Below the pieces are notes generated by a model that made no database searches, was not told where the DNA came from, and worked only from the letters and a program-made list of their open reading frames with translations. Positions 10,170-19,762 of a stretch of DNA of 36,526 nt are shown piece by piece. Within the stretch, counting starts at the first letter, position 1, and each line of letters opens with the position of its first letter. The stretch is taken from positions 1 through 36,526 of the IMG/VR virus record IMGVR_UViG_3300012920_010371; one strand, written 5' to 3'. The stretch comes from a virus. Taxonomy: Duplodnaviria > Caudoviricetes. Made by a program: the position numbers and the translations under genes.

Positions 10170-11176
10170 TATAAATTAGTATGTTTTACGTTAGCTTTAT
10201 TAAATACTTGATAAGCTCTTATTAGTTCTTCAATGCCTTTGTCTATATCTACTCTGGCTTCCCAACCTGTTTTCTCTAGCTTTTCATTGCTAACAATATA
10301 GTTTCTTTTATCAGGGTCAGAATTTATTTCGCTCTTCGTGATAACGAATCCGGGGACGTGATCTTTGATTTTCTCGCAGAGCTCAAACTTTGAAAAATTA
10401 GCGCTAGACAAACCGACGTTATAAGATTGGCCATATGGGTTAAAAGGATTATTGTCATCGTCTATAAAAATAGTTGTACCTTCGGTATTTGGATGCGATC
10501 TATGTCCAAACATATGAATAAAAGCATGAGCGACATCTCTAATGTGTATGAAGTTTCTCTTAAAAGAACTTTCAAATAAAGTGATGCAGCTATCTGTGAC
10601 AGCTCTCAAAACAAAATCGTTTACAAGCAAGTCTTTCCTAAATCTGTAAGAAGTGCCAAATACAGTAGCCAGCCTAAGAGAAGTGTGGCCAGCGCCAAGC
10701 ACCCACTCTTCCGCATCGCACTTTGTTCTGCCGTAAACAGAAATTGGAGCAAGAGGGGTCTCTTCAGTGCAATGAGCTTCACCGTCACTTACTCCGTATC
10801 CGCTGTTTGTGTTAGGATAAATGATTCTACATTTAGTAGATTGAACAATATATTTTACATGCTCAAAGTTAACTGCCGTAGCAAGCTTTTCGTCTCTGGC
10901 GCAGGCAGGAAAGCCGACAATTGCAGCCAGAGGAATAACATAGTCGTTATTTTTATCTAGCTTTTGCAACTGCTCTAGTAAAGAATTTTTGTCTCTTACA
11001 TCTCCGTAGACAAATTCAAACCTGTCTTTAGGGTATTTAAAAAAACTAAACAGCCCGTCCTGCTTGTACATCAAGTTATCGTAAACAATAACCTTTGCGT
11101 AAGGAAATCTATTTAGTATCTCCTCAGTTAGTACTGTTCCTAAGTATCCTGCACCGCCTGTTATTAAAACTTTCAT
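10169..11176 (-). CDS. NAD-dependent epimerase/dehydratase (extended SDR)
   Basis: TGGAGYLG, YGRTK (YxxxK) and RLATVFG. Confidence 0.9.
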   Translation of the reverse strand: MKVLITGGAGYLGTVLTEEILNRFPYAKVIVYDNLMYKQDGLFSFFKYPKDRFEFVYGDVRDKNSLLEQLQKLDKNNDYVIPLAAIVGFPACARDEKLATAVNFEHVKYIVQSTKCRIIYPNTNSGYGVSDGEAHCTEETPLAPISVYGRTKCDAEEWVLGAGHTSLRLATVFGTSYRFRKDLLVNDFVLRAVTDSCITLFESSFKRNFIHIRDVAHAFIHMFGHRSHPNTEGTTIFIDDDNNPFNPYGQSYNVGLSSANFSKFELCEKIKDHVPGFVITKSEINSDPDKRNYIVSNEKLEKTGWEARVDIDKGIEELIRAYQVFNKANVKHTNL

Positions 11177-11700
11177 TAGTGATCCCTCTCCGACATTATA
11201 GCGTTTTTTATATCAAAACTCCAATTAAAGTTAAAGTTTTCGTGATTCCATTTTATTGTATATTGAGAATCTATTCCTCCATAGTGATTCGTCATCTTAT
11301 AACTGAACAAGCACTCTGAACTCAAACAGTAATGCCCATTAGCACAGTTATCTGGTATTAGGAGTTGCCATTTATTTTCGGAGCTCAAGACTAAATCTAC
11401 ATTTTTTCCAGATTCGGGGTGCAAGACCTTCAAAATTATATCTCCTTGAAGACATGTGACAAGTTTCCAAGTTTTATTGTCACCGTGAAGGCCTCTGAAT
11501 ACATTTTTTTTAGAGCGAGATAAAGTATCTAAAACAAATTCTTTATTTTTAAAATTATCTTGTAAATGCTCATCTGCAGAAATTACATCTTTAAATTTTA
11601 AAGAATCATAAATTTCAAAATTACAACCGCGATGATCAGAAAAAACAGTGGGCCTAATTAACGTTAATCCTTCAATGCCGCCGTAGTTATATTTAATCAT
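11176..11700 (-). CDS. rmlC: dTDP-4-dehydrorhamnose 3,5-epimerase-like (RmlC family)
   Basis: FSDHRG, SRSKKNVFRGLH, KLVTC and ANGH motifs. Confidence 0.82.
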   Translation of the reverse strand: MIKYNYGGIEGLTLIRPTVFSDHRGCNFEIYDSLKFKDVISADEHLQDNFKNKEFVLDTLSRSKKNVFRGLHGDNKTWKLVTCLQGDIILKVLHPESGKNVDLVLSSENKWQLLIPDNCANGHYCLSSECLFSYKMTNHYGGIDSQYTIKWNHENFNFNWSFDIKNAIMSERDH

Positions 11701-12112
11701 TAAATATGTCCCAATTCTGAAACTCTGATTTAAGCTCGGCTGCTAAGCAGTCAATCTTTAAGTCAACTCTTTCTCCAAGCCCTTTAGATAAAACATTCTT
11801 TGCTGAATTTCTGACTCCATTAATAGAATGAGTCAATTTTAACGCTGAGAGATCTTGATTTTCACCGCTCCTGCATTTACTTTCATTTTCCCAAATATAT
11901 CTATTTGAAAGCATAATAATCATAAGCGATTTGATTATTTCAGAATTAAGTTTAATATCTCTTTCTGTGCACATGCAGTCTAAGTCATGCATTATGTCGC
12001 AGATTTCTTTATCGTATGACTCTTTGTTCTCAGGTATGAAAATAGCCTTGAGGATGCAAATCGACATCCTGTCTGCTAACTCTGCAAATGTAGGAAGATA
12101 CTTTCTATCCAT
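11693..12112 (-). CDS. helical protein, DUF6165-like
   Basis: ELADRMSI..LK, N..IWENE..CR and N..RN..K pattern recalled for DUF6165-type proteins. Not verified by search. Confidence 0.5.
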   Translation of the reverse strand: MDRKYLPTFAELADRMSICILKAIFIPENKESYDKEICDIMHDLDCMCTERDIKLNSEIIKSLMIIMLSNRYIWENESKCRSGENQDLSALKLTHSINGVRNSAKNVLSKGLGERVDLKIDCLAAELKSEFQNWDIFND

Positions 12113-12113
12113 C

Positions 12114-12830
12114 TTAATTATTATCTATATGTTTTCTTAAAATATCAACTTCTTTTGAAATATCAAAGGTGAAAGGGTCTAACTTTTGAGAGAAAGATTT
12201 TACTCTCATTTCCTGCCCGGTTTGGTCTGGAGCATAGACTTTCTCAAGAGTGTTATGCATTAAATGATCAAAAGTAACTTCGCTTACGTCCACTACTCTG
12301 TCTAGTTCGGCATAAACCCTGTAAATAGAAGAGTCTCCACCTAAGCCTAAAAATTCCTCGTATAAAAATTTATTTATGCACTTAACAGCCTCAAGAGAAA
12401 CTATTGGACATGAGCCATATGGCAAAGTATCAACATGGTCAACGCTAGTGCAAGAGCTTTTGCAGTAAATGACATCATCTTTAATTTGATTCTCTAATTT
12501 AAAAGATTCTACTTTATCTAAAATTATTTCGTCCCAGCCTTCAGTTAAAAATTCAATATCATCATTAACGCCAATTAAGAAGCGGCCTTGGCTTTGCCTT
12601 GCCATCTTGTTAATAGTGGTATGAAGGCTATGAGGTCTTGGTCCATTAAAAAATTTTACGTTAGAGTGGAAGATTCTACTTTTAAAAAGATTAGTCTCTT
12701 CATCGTCATTGTCGTAGTTTATTAATATTTCAACATCCTCAAAAGAAGATGTCTTAAACATTACCGAAGAAATTAAATTCTCTAAGTAAGAAATTCTTTT
12801 TCTTGTATTAAGTAATATTGAAAAATTCAT
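12114..12830 (-). CDS. glycosyltransferase, GT-A fold (GT2-like)
   Basis: N-terminal FSILLNTRKR...L..LI.S, EILINYDNDD and the NDD acidic motif followed by GWD. Confidence 0.75.
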   Translation of the reverse strand: MNFSILLNTRKRISYLENLISSVMFKTSSFEDVEILINYDNDDEETNLFKSRIFHSNVKFFNGPRPHSLHTTINKMARQSQGRFLIGVNDDIEFLTEGWDEIILDKVESFKLENQIKDDVIYCKSSCTSVDHVDTLPYGSCPIVSLEAVKCINKFLYEEFLGLGGDSSIYRVYAELDRVVDVSEVTFDHLMHNTLEKVYAPDQTGQEMRVKSFSQKLDPFTFDISKEVDILRKHIDNN

Positions 12831-13761
12831 CTAAATCTATAAAATTAAATTTGCCTGCATAGTAATCTTTTGGAGTATCGTCCCAAACTTGTTTTGAAAG
12901 GCTTTTATCAGATACCAATAAAAGTTTTTTACCTAACTTGCTCCAATTAAATATATCTATAAATTCATCATCCCTTAATGGGTTTTCGTATATATCTGAA
13001 CTAACCTTTTCCTTGAGCCTAGCAGGAAAACTTACTATTATCCTAATCGTGCTGCTAGATAGAGAAGTCTTATGAAACAAAAAAGAGTCAAGTAGATAAC
13101 TTTCTCCAAGTTTCATTGTAAACTCTATTTTATTTTTATTCATCTCATTGGTTACTGGCTCTCCTTCAAGAAACGAAGGTATAGATTTTACATAATCTGG
13201 ATAAAATCCTTCTTGTGGATTGCTGACAGATATGCCGCTCTGCTCGTAGTCGCCGCAGATTGGAGTGTGAATCATTGCTTCGTTACAGTTTTGACCAGCC
13301 CAAATGTCAGTGTGCCAGTTAGTAGAGCTTCTGGGCCTATTTGTAAACTCTGGATTAGTATTTGCACCAAAGTTTATTCTAAGATTTATAGGACAGGCAA
13401 CTTTGGAGCCTTCACTAAAAGAAAGATGCTCTACTAAGTTATAGACCTTTTTATTTAATAGATTGTGAGAACTGTTAGTTTCAATTTTAGGCATCAACAA
13501 GCCATTAGGAGTAATATTAGGCAGGCCTATAATATCGTTTCGATAAAAAAGACAAAAAGCTTCTAGTGTTAAATCTAAATTAAATAGTTTATTTGGATAA
13601 TAACTAGAAAGAGAATCGTATAAACATATTTGGGCCGCTGTTCTTAAATCCGAAAATATATTTTTAGGAAGCTCACACTTTCCTAATAATGAATCTATTT
13701 TAGAAAACTTTTTGGAAAAATTAAAAAGCCTGTCTGATCTCTCTTGTATATAACTTTTCAT
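12808..13761 (-). CDS. putative Fe(II)/2-oxoglutarate dioxygenase (PhyH-like)
   Basis: WHTD (HxD), distal His in DSFLFHKT, then R in TIRIIVSF, in DSBH order. Confidence 0.55.
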   Translation of the reverse strand: MKSYIQERSDRLFNFSKKFSKIDSLLGKCELPKNIFSDLRTAAQICLYDSLSSYYPNKLFNLDLTLEAFCLFYRNDIIGLPNITPNGLLMPKIETNSSHNLLNKKVYNLVEHLSFSEGSKVACPINLRINFGANTNPEFTNRPRSSTNWHTDIWAGQNCNEAMIHTPICGDYEQSGISVSNPQEGFYPDYVKSIPSFLEGEPVTNEMNKNKIEFTMKLGESYLLDSFLFHKTSLSSSTIRIIVSFPARLKEKVSSDIYENPLRDDEFIDIFNWSKLGKKLLLVSDKSLSKQVWDDTPKDYYAGKFNFIDLDEFFNIT

Positions 13762-14604
13762 TTATCTTTTTAGTATTACCACATTAAAGCCTTGATCGTA
13801 TAAAGTTCCAAAATCTGTTTTAGAATAAGAAATATTAAATTTAGACTGGGCTCGTAAAAAAGAAAAATATCCAGTTAAATAATTTTTCTTTTGATGAAAA
13901 GAAGAGGCAAGTGATTCCAGTCGGCTGTCGGAATATAGTTCTAAAATTGGCTCTATGTGGAATATATAATTTATATTAGAGTCAGAAAAGAAAGTGAACA
14001 GCGAGTCCCATTGAGCTCCTAACTGCTCCATTGAGCCGGAGGTAAAGAATATAGTATCTTTATTATTAAGTTTGTTTTCATTTAAATAAGACAAGCTTGG
14101 CCTCTTCATGTCAAATTCAAATCCGCCAAAACCTTTTTGTTTAATAATTGATACAGCAGAAGGGGAAAAATCACATCCATTGATAGAATCAAACTTGTTT
14201 AAAGATTTTATATAATCTAAATTATGCCCATTCCCGCAGCCTAATTCTACAACAGAAGAAAAATCTACATCAATATAATCTAAAACATTTTTAATTATTT
14301 CATGAGCGCAGTCAGAAGCTAGAGACTTATTTGAAGACTCTATAAACTTCCCTTGATATCTGAAAACTTCTTTTTTATCTAAATTATCATCCTTTTTGTT
14401 AAAGAATGTAGGAGTTTTGTTTTTATTAGATTTTATTTCGGACCAATAGTCTTCCCACTGCTCTTGTTTGGGGCAGTTTCTGGTTTCATCGACTTTCTTT
14501 TCTACTGCAATTTGAGCTATTCCAGAAATTTTATCTGAACAAAAATCAAAGTTGGGGTCAACCTTTTCTAAATCAATAAAAAAATTCGTGTTCAATTTCT
14601 TCAT
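13762..14604 (-). CDS. class I SAM-dependent methyltransferase
   Basis: VVELGCGNG motif I, GCDFS motif II and HIEPI. Confidence 0.82.
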   Translation of the reverse strand: MKKLNTNFFIDLEKVDPNFDFCSDKISGIAQIAVEKKVDETRNCPKQEQWEDYWSEIKSNKNKTPTFFNKKDDNLDKKEVFRYQGKFIESSNKSLASDCAHEIIKNVLDYIDVDFSSVVELGCGNGHNLDYIKSLNKFDSINGCDFSPSAVSIIKQKGFGGFEFDMKRPSLSYLNENKLNNKDTIFFTSGSMEQLGAQWDSLFTFFSDSNINYIFHIEPILELYSDSRLESLASSFHQKKNYLTGYFSFLRAQSKFNISYSKTDFGTLYDQGFNVVILKR

Positions 14605-15538
14605 AATCTAATTCTTCTTTCTTTAAAAATAAGTTATTTTTTAAAAATTCTTTCAAATCCTCGTTAGTAGAATGATAGTTTTCATCATACTGGCTCGAAT
14701 CATGCCTCATTATTCCTCTACATTCTTCGTAGCCAAAGCCGCAGGCTTTTGACTCCTCTGTTACCAGCCTTTCAAGTATAGAGTCTATAATATAAGGATG
14801 ATCGTAAGTTGGTTTACCGGTTGCCTGCCAAAAGGCCGGACTAAAGCCACTGCTCTGTCCGTCTAAACTTATTTTATGGGGCAGCACGTAATCTTTCAAA
14901 AGAATCCAATTCTTTTTTAAAGCAGCATTTAAAAACGAAAAAGTAGATTCAGTGCAATGGCTTGCGAAAATGTCAGGATACACATTGCCATAAAAGCTTC
15001 TTAGGTCTTCACTGATTAAATTAGTGTGAGTCCCCATGCCTTTACCTATGGGTATAATATAATCGCCTTCTTTAAAAAGTATCTCTCTTGCATACTCGTC
15101 GTCTTTGTCATGTCTTCCTACTCCTAAGCCATTGTAATATTCAGTATCATTTTCTGGTTGGGGAGTGATCATTCCATATTTACCGGTCTCCAAATAAGAA
15201 TTTAAATCCTTAAATAAACTTTTTTGAGGGAAGCTAGTTCCAGAATCTACGTATAAATAACTTCCGCATGGTCCAAATTTATCTATATACCTTCTTACTG
15301 CATGATTAAATGTTACATTTACTGGATGACATTCTTTAACAAAATTTACAAAAATTTTACCAGAGAATTTATCTAACAAAGAATCTATAGTTGACTTTTC
15401 ATTTAAGCAACTTGATACAACCAGATCAAAACTATCAAAATCTTGATCTAGTATAAGCTCTATAGAACTAATGTAATCTTGTAAATTTTCTCTGCCGGAA
15501 ATTCCGCAGGTATTATAAACCGCAAGTATTTTTTTCAT
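14573..15538 (-). CDS. putative glycosyltransferase (GT-A-like), paralog 1
   Basis: ILDQDF, FN.A and YLYVDSG. Strongly similar to the next ORF. Confidence 0.6.
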   Translation of the reverse strand: MKKILAVYNTCGISGRENLQDYISSIELILDQDFDSFDLVVSSCLNEKSTIDSLLDKFSGKIFVNFVKECHPVNVTFNHAVRRYIDKFGPCGSYLYVDSGTSFPQKSLFKDLNSYLETGKYGMITPQPENDTEYYNGLGVGRHDKDDEYAREILFKEGDYIIPIGKGMGTHTNLISEDLRSFYGNVYPDIFASHCTESTFSFLNAALKKNWILLKDYVLPHKISLDGQSSGFSPAFWQATGKPTYDHPYIIDSILERLVTEESKACGFGYEECRGIMRHDSSQYDENYHSTNEDLKEFLKNNLFLKKEELDYEEIEHEFFY

Positions 15539-16530
15539 TAGACGTAAGCGCAGTCTATTTTATCATAGTCAAATTTATCACTAGTTAAATATAAATTATC
15601 TTTTATATAGAATTTAAGTTCATCATTTATACAAAGATTATCTTTATATTGGCTTGGGTCATGCATAACTATGCCTTGGCACTCTTCGTAGCCCAAGCCT
15701 AGCTGCTTAGCCTTTTCGTTTTGAAATATTGGAAGCAAAGAATCTATTCCAAAAGCGTGATCATATGACCCTGTTCTAGGGTTATCTAACTTATGTTTTT
15801 CTGGTTCGGTAGCGCAACTTGCCCCGTCCATTCCAGCGGCATGCCTAATTAAAACTTTTTCCGATATAGCCCAGTTCAGTCCGATGGCAGCATTAACAAA
15901 ACTGAAAATAGATTCAGTACAATAGCTAGCAAATATATCTGGACAACAGTTGCCATAAAAATCAAAAATTTTAGAACTATAAACTTGACAGTGAGCGGCG
16001 CAAGCTCTTCCTACCGGAACTATATAATCAGTGCCATCGGAAAACATTTCAAACCTTGCTCTTTCATCGTCAATTGCGTGCCTTCCTCCTCCTAATTTTA
16101 GGCCATAAGCATAACAGCTATCTATATCTATTTGCGCTGAAAACATTCCATAATTAGGATTTTCTAACATGCCGTCAAATAAAGTTTGCATGTCATTTTC
16201 TCCATCAACTAAAGAATCAGCAGAGGTATAAACATAGTTGTCAAAAGGACCGTATTTTTTAACAGACTCTCTTATAGCTTTATTAAATGTTACATTAACA
16301 GGAAGAGCGTCGTTAATAACTAAAAAGTCTAAATCTTGATCAGCAAAAACTTTTTTAAGATGAGGAACTGTGTCCTCTCTTGGCCTACAAAGAGAAACTA
16401 TAATTTTAGTATCAGTTTCATCTTTGTATTTTTGAGCTAATAAGGATTTTATGTATCTAGGATACTCGTAAGTATTATCTTTTTTAATACCGCAAGTATT
16501 ATATACTATTAAGTTTTTTTGAGTTTTCAT
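15538..16530 (-). CDS. putative glycosyltransferase (GT-A-like), paralog 2
   Basis: Shares VYNTCGI, PVNVTFN, PDIFAS.CTES.FSF.NAA and GYEEC.GI..HD.SQY with 14573-15538. Confidence 0.6.
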   Translation of the reverse strand: MKTQKNLIVYNTCGIKKDNTYEYPRYIKSLLAQKYKDETDTKIIVSLCRPREDTVPHLKKVFADQDLDFLVINDALPVNVTFNKAIRESVKKYGPFDNYVYTSADSLVDGENDMQTLFDGMLENPNYGMFSAQIDIDSCYAYGLKLGGGRHAIDDERARFEMFSDGTDYIVPVGRACAAHCQVYSSKIFDFYGNCCPDIFASYCTESIFSFVNAAIGLNWAISEKVLIRHAAGMDGASCATEPEKHKLDNPRTGSYDHAFGIDSLLPIFQNEKAKQLGLGYEECQGIVMHDPSQYKDNLCINDELKFYIKDNLYLTSDKFDYDKIDCAYV

Positions 16531-17075
16531 TCTAAAAGATCTTGTATATGCGAAAAAATTTCATAAGGCCTAACGTTATCAATACAAGCAGGGTTCTCTT
16601 TAATGTTATAGCAAGGCCTGTGAGTATTAAGAGGCGCTTGTATTAAACGTAAATATTTTGGTTCAGTAAAAAAAGGATAACATTGCTCTTTGTAAGTATG
16701 AGAATACAAAAGAACACTGGGGACTTCAAAGCAAGAAGCTAGATGCCCCGGAAAGCTGTCTATTCCAAAATGCAAACGAGCTCGCTTAACTAAATAAGCA
16801 GACTGATTGAAGTCTGTCTTGTTTAAGTAGTCTAATGTGCCAGAATATTTTTTGGCATTTGATTCATTTCCAATTTGAACTATTTTTAAATTTGGACATT
16901 CAGCTAAAACTAAATCTATAACACTCTGCCAATGAGAATAAGATTTAGACTGAAAATCATGAGTGCCATGAAAAGTAATATATTCTCCACTCGGAACTTC
17001 GCACTCTTCCTCATGTATAAATGGCTTGTCTATTTTTAAGCCACAATTTAAAGCATAGCATTCAAGAAAGTGCAT
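16527..17075 (-). CDS. GT9 (heptosyltransferase-like) C-terminal domain protein
   Basis: KSYSHW, IVQIG and HFGIDSFPGHLA (GT9 DS..H.A motif). Confidence 0.75.
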   Translation of the reverse strand: MHFLECYALNCGLKIDKPFIHEEECEVPSGEYITFHGTHDFQSKSYSHWQSVIDLVLAECPNLKIVQIGNESNAKKYSGTLDYLNKTDFNQSAYLVKRARLHFGIDSFPGHLASCFEVPSVLLYSHTYKEQCYPFFTEPKYLRLIQAPLNTHRPCYNIKENPACIDNVRPYEIFSHIQDLLE

Positions 17076-17079
17076 AATT

Positions 17080-17409
17080 TTAATATTTTATTGAGTAAGC
17101 TATTTTATTATGCGTATTATGCTGGTAAGTCATAATAGACTGAGAATTAAGAAAAGGTAAATACGCTATTTCATAGTCTCCTTTGTGCTCGCCACAGCCC
17201 TCTAAATGAAATATATTATTCATATACTCTTGATATTCTATAACTTCGTCTATATAAGGATTATTTTTTAAAATATTAAAAAAAGATCTTTCTGTTGCGA
17301 AATGTAAGACACAATTAGGATACAATTCTTTTATAGAACGCAAAAGAGACGTACTGCAAAGTACATCTCCTGCTGACCGCGGCATTACAAATAAAATCTT
17401 ACCGGTCAT
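17080..17409 (-). CDS. GT9 (heptosyltransferase-like) N-terminal domain protein
   Basis: RSAGDVL.ST.LLRSIKELYP...ILKNNPYIDEVI is the GT9 N-terminal signature. Confidence 0.75.
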   Translation of the reverse strand: MTGKILFVMPRSAGDVLCSTSLLRSIKELYPNCVLHFATERSFFNILKNNPYIDEVIEYQEYMNNIFHLEGCGEHKGDYEIAYLPFLNSQSIMTYQHNTHNKIAYSIKY

Positions 17410-17734
17410 CTATATGTTTTTTACCGCCTCTTTTTGAAGCGTTTTCCTTGAAAAACTCTTGCTTGACTGGATCTTTGCCTCCGTAGTGATCTGCTCTTTG
17501 AGAGGACATTTCAGCAGAGTGATCCCAAAGCTCACCGTAAGTTTTTGCTTTAGTTTTATTTACAAAATCAGACTCTGAATTTGGGTCTATCTTTGAGTCT
17601 ATTGATGCGTGAGGTATAGTATATACTCTATCGTAAGCTATTCCGTCAACCTCGTACTCATGAGCTTCATGAATACTTTGCCAAACAGTTATTTTCTCTT
17701 TAGTCTCTGGATGCTCGTATATATATTCCGGCAT
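17399..17734 (-). CDS. FmdB-like small protein (Cys-less)
   Basis: MPEYIY N-terminus resembles the FmdB-type MPxYxY, but the CxxC pairs are absent. Confidence 0.5.
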   Translation of the reverse strand: MPEYIYEHPETKEKITVWQSIHEAHEYEVDGIAYDRVYTIPHASIDSKIDPNSESDFVNKTKAKTYGELWDHSAEMSSQRADHYGGKDPVKQEFFKENASKRGGKKHIDDR

Positions 17735-17735
17735 T

Positions 17736-18827
17736 TTAAACCTCCTCTACTGCTTCAATTATTTTATCTACAGTATTTTTATATGTAAATTTTTCTTGAA
17801 GCTTAAGACCGTTTTCGTTTACAGGATTTGATTTAAATTTTTCAACAGCTTGCTCGCAAGCACCAATGAACTCATCTTCGTCGAAAGTATAAAACTTTCC
17901 TTGATTGAACTGCCCTCCTTTATGAAAGAAAACTCCGTCATGAGAATCCTTCTTGCCATTTGGGCTTAATAGGACTGAATTATCTTCATTTGCCCACTCC
18001 TTGTAGCCCGTAGCGTTCAATATAACTGAGTGTTTTCCTAAAGCAACAGACTGAAATTCCGGCAGACCCCATCCCTCTCCTCCAGATACTCCTATGACTA
18101 TATTAGAAGAGTTAAGATAATCATTATAAAGACTATTTTTTTGCATAGAGCCTAAAAAGTTAACGTTAAAGTAACTTTTACCCTCTAGCACTTCATTAAT
18201 AGCCCTAGAAAAATCTTCGCTCTTTAAAAATGGATTAGAAATTGCACACTGGAGAACATAATCTTTGTTATTCCCATATTTTTTAATCCAAGCTTGAATA
18301 GCGTCCTTGTGATTCTTTCTCTTCTCAAGTTTGCCAGAAAGATTAAATACTATTTTCCCTTTTAAGTATCCTTGTTTTTTTACTTTAAAATTATGCGAAT
18401 CAAACCCTAAAGGAATTGTTTTGACTCCCTCTACAAAATTAGATTCAAAAATTGTTTTAGTATAATTAGAAGATACAATTAAGTTATTGTTAACTCCAAT
18501 ATTTTTTTCTACCTCAGTGATTTCGTCAAGTTCGTGAAACGTGTAAAGAATTTGCTTCTCGCTATAAGATTCTAAACTGCCATTTAAATGCCAAAGCTTA
18601 AAAATTGGATTAGCTCTAGAATGATGCTTTAGTCTCTTTTCGACGCAAGATGAAAGCCAGCTTTTAAAGTCTTCACTTATGTCATCCTGACAACTCAGAT
18701 CGAACTGATCACCAATAGGAAATAAACAAGGCTGTAGCCCCCTTGCATGGAATTCACGCAAGAGAGCTACAGATACCTGACCAAAACTAACAGAATTGAC
18801 AGGCAGATTTAAGGAGAAATCTCTCAT
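17736..18827 (-). CDS. glycosyltransferase family 4 (GT-B)
   Basis: GKLEKRKN and SGGEGWGLPEFQSVALG (EGxGLP motif). Confidence 0.88.
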   Translation of the reverse strand: MRDFSLNLPVNSVSFGQVSVALLREFHARGLQPCLFPIGDQFDLSCQDDISEDFKSWLSSCVEKRLKHHSRANPIFKLWHLNGSLESYSEKQILYTFHELDEITEVEKNIGVNNNLIVSSNYTKTIFESNFVEGVKTIPLGFDSHNFKVKKQGYLKGKIVFNLSGKLEKRKNHKDAIQAWIKKYGNNKDYVLQCAISNPFLKSEDFSRAINEVLEGKSYFNVNFLGSMQKNSLYNDYLNSSNIVIGVSGGEGWGLPEFQSVALGKHSVILNATGYKEWANEDNSVLLSPNGKKDSHDGVFFHKGGQFNQGKFYTFDEDEFIGACEQAVEKFKSNPVNENGLKLQEKFTYKNTVDKIIEAVEEV

Positions 18828-19135
18828 TAAAAGATAACTTCTTCTTCAGATGGAGTAGAAACAGCATCTTGCTTCTGCTCCTGAGTCTGATTCTGAGTCT
18901 GTTGTGGAGCACCTTTCTTTTGCTCCTTCGGCTCGGACTTATAGTAGTTCACGGCAGGAGATTTAGGGTTGTCGTTATCATTAGGAAACCCAATAAAATC
19001 GACCCTTTCTCCTTTGTAGGTGAAATACCCGGTTATGTACTTCTTTCCAGAAGAACTTTGTTGAATCCAATGAGCGCCAAGTTCACGCTCTTTCCAGTTA
19101 TTATTACGTTGATTATTGCTGTCGGTATTAGACAT
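18827..19135 (-). CDS. putative single-stranded DNA-binding protein (DUF736-like core, acidic tip)
   Basis: GAHW...SGKKYITG beta-rich core, Q-rich linker and C-terminal EEEVIF. Confidence 0.55.
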   Translation of the reverse strand: MSNTDSNNQRNNNWKERELGAHWIQQSSSGKKYITGYFTYKGERVDFIGFPNDNDNPKSPAVNYYKSEPKEQKKGAPQQTQNQTQEQKQDAVSTPSEEEVIF

Positions 19136-19143
19136 ACGCGATT

Positions 19144-19172
19144 ATTATTAATGCATTCTGGACAGTTGTCAA
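19144..19172 (-). promoter_or_regulatory. sigma70-like promoter TTGACA-17-AATAAT, 8 nt before ATG 19135
   Basis: Perfect -35 at 19172-19167 and -10 at 19149-19144. Confidence 0.6.
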
Positions 19173-19762
19173 ACTTTTTTTATCTTGGTTCTTAAAATTT
19201 TTAAACCTTTATTATGCAAGTTGATAATTGTTTGAGAGCTTAGATTGAATAGACATGATATCTCCTTCCATGTTGGAGGCTTTTTATTTGAGTAGCAGTA
19301 TCTATGTTTAAATATTTCCTTAATTCTTTTATCTGGATGCCTTTCCAGCATATTGATAATTTCAACGTGGTTAAAATTAATTTTACTTTCAGAAGACAAA
19401 GATGATTTATCAAGTTCTTTATCATCATCTTTTAATTCAAAAAAATTGTTAAATTTATTTTCTGAATTAACGTGATTTAGAAAAAAGTATTTAGTTTTAG
19501 ATCCTAGCCAAGTTATAAATTTTATTTTTTTATCTGCGTTAAAAGTATAAGCCGCGTCGTAAATCATGTAAAAAGAATGAGAAAGCATTTCGTTTTTATT
19601 AATGTGGCTTGCAGCAAAAAAGTTTGTGAACTTGTGGCATGTATTATAATACATTCTACAATATCTGTTGTGTAGCTCCAGTAAACTTTCGTTGTCTTTG
19701 TTTAGTTTGATATCTTGAATTAGATATCTATCAGACATCAACCTAATATTTCTTTTTTCCAT
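19169..19762 (-). CDS. phage-encoded RNA polymerase sigma factor (sigma70 family)
   Basis: Region-2-like YDAAYTFNADKKIKFITWL and region-4 HTH PTWKEISCLFNLSSQTIINLHNKGLKILR. Confidence 0.8.
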   Translation of the reverse strand: MEKRNIRLMSDRYLIQDIKLNKDNESLLELHNRYCRMYYNTCHKFTNFFAASHINKNEMLSHSFYMIYDAAYTFNADKKIKFITWLGSKTKYFFLNHVNSENKFNNFFELKDDDKELDKSSLSSESKINFNHVEIINMLERHPDKRIKEIFKHRYCYSNKKPPTWKEISCLFNLSSQTIINLHNKGLKILRTKIKKV

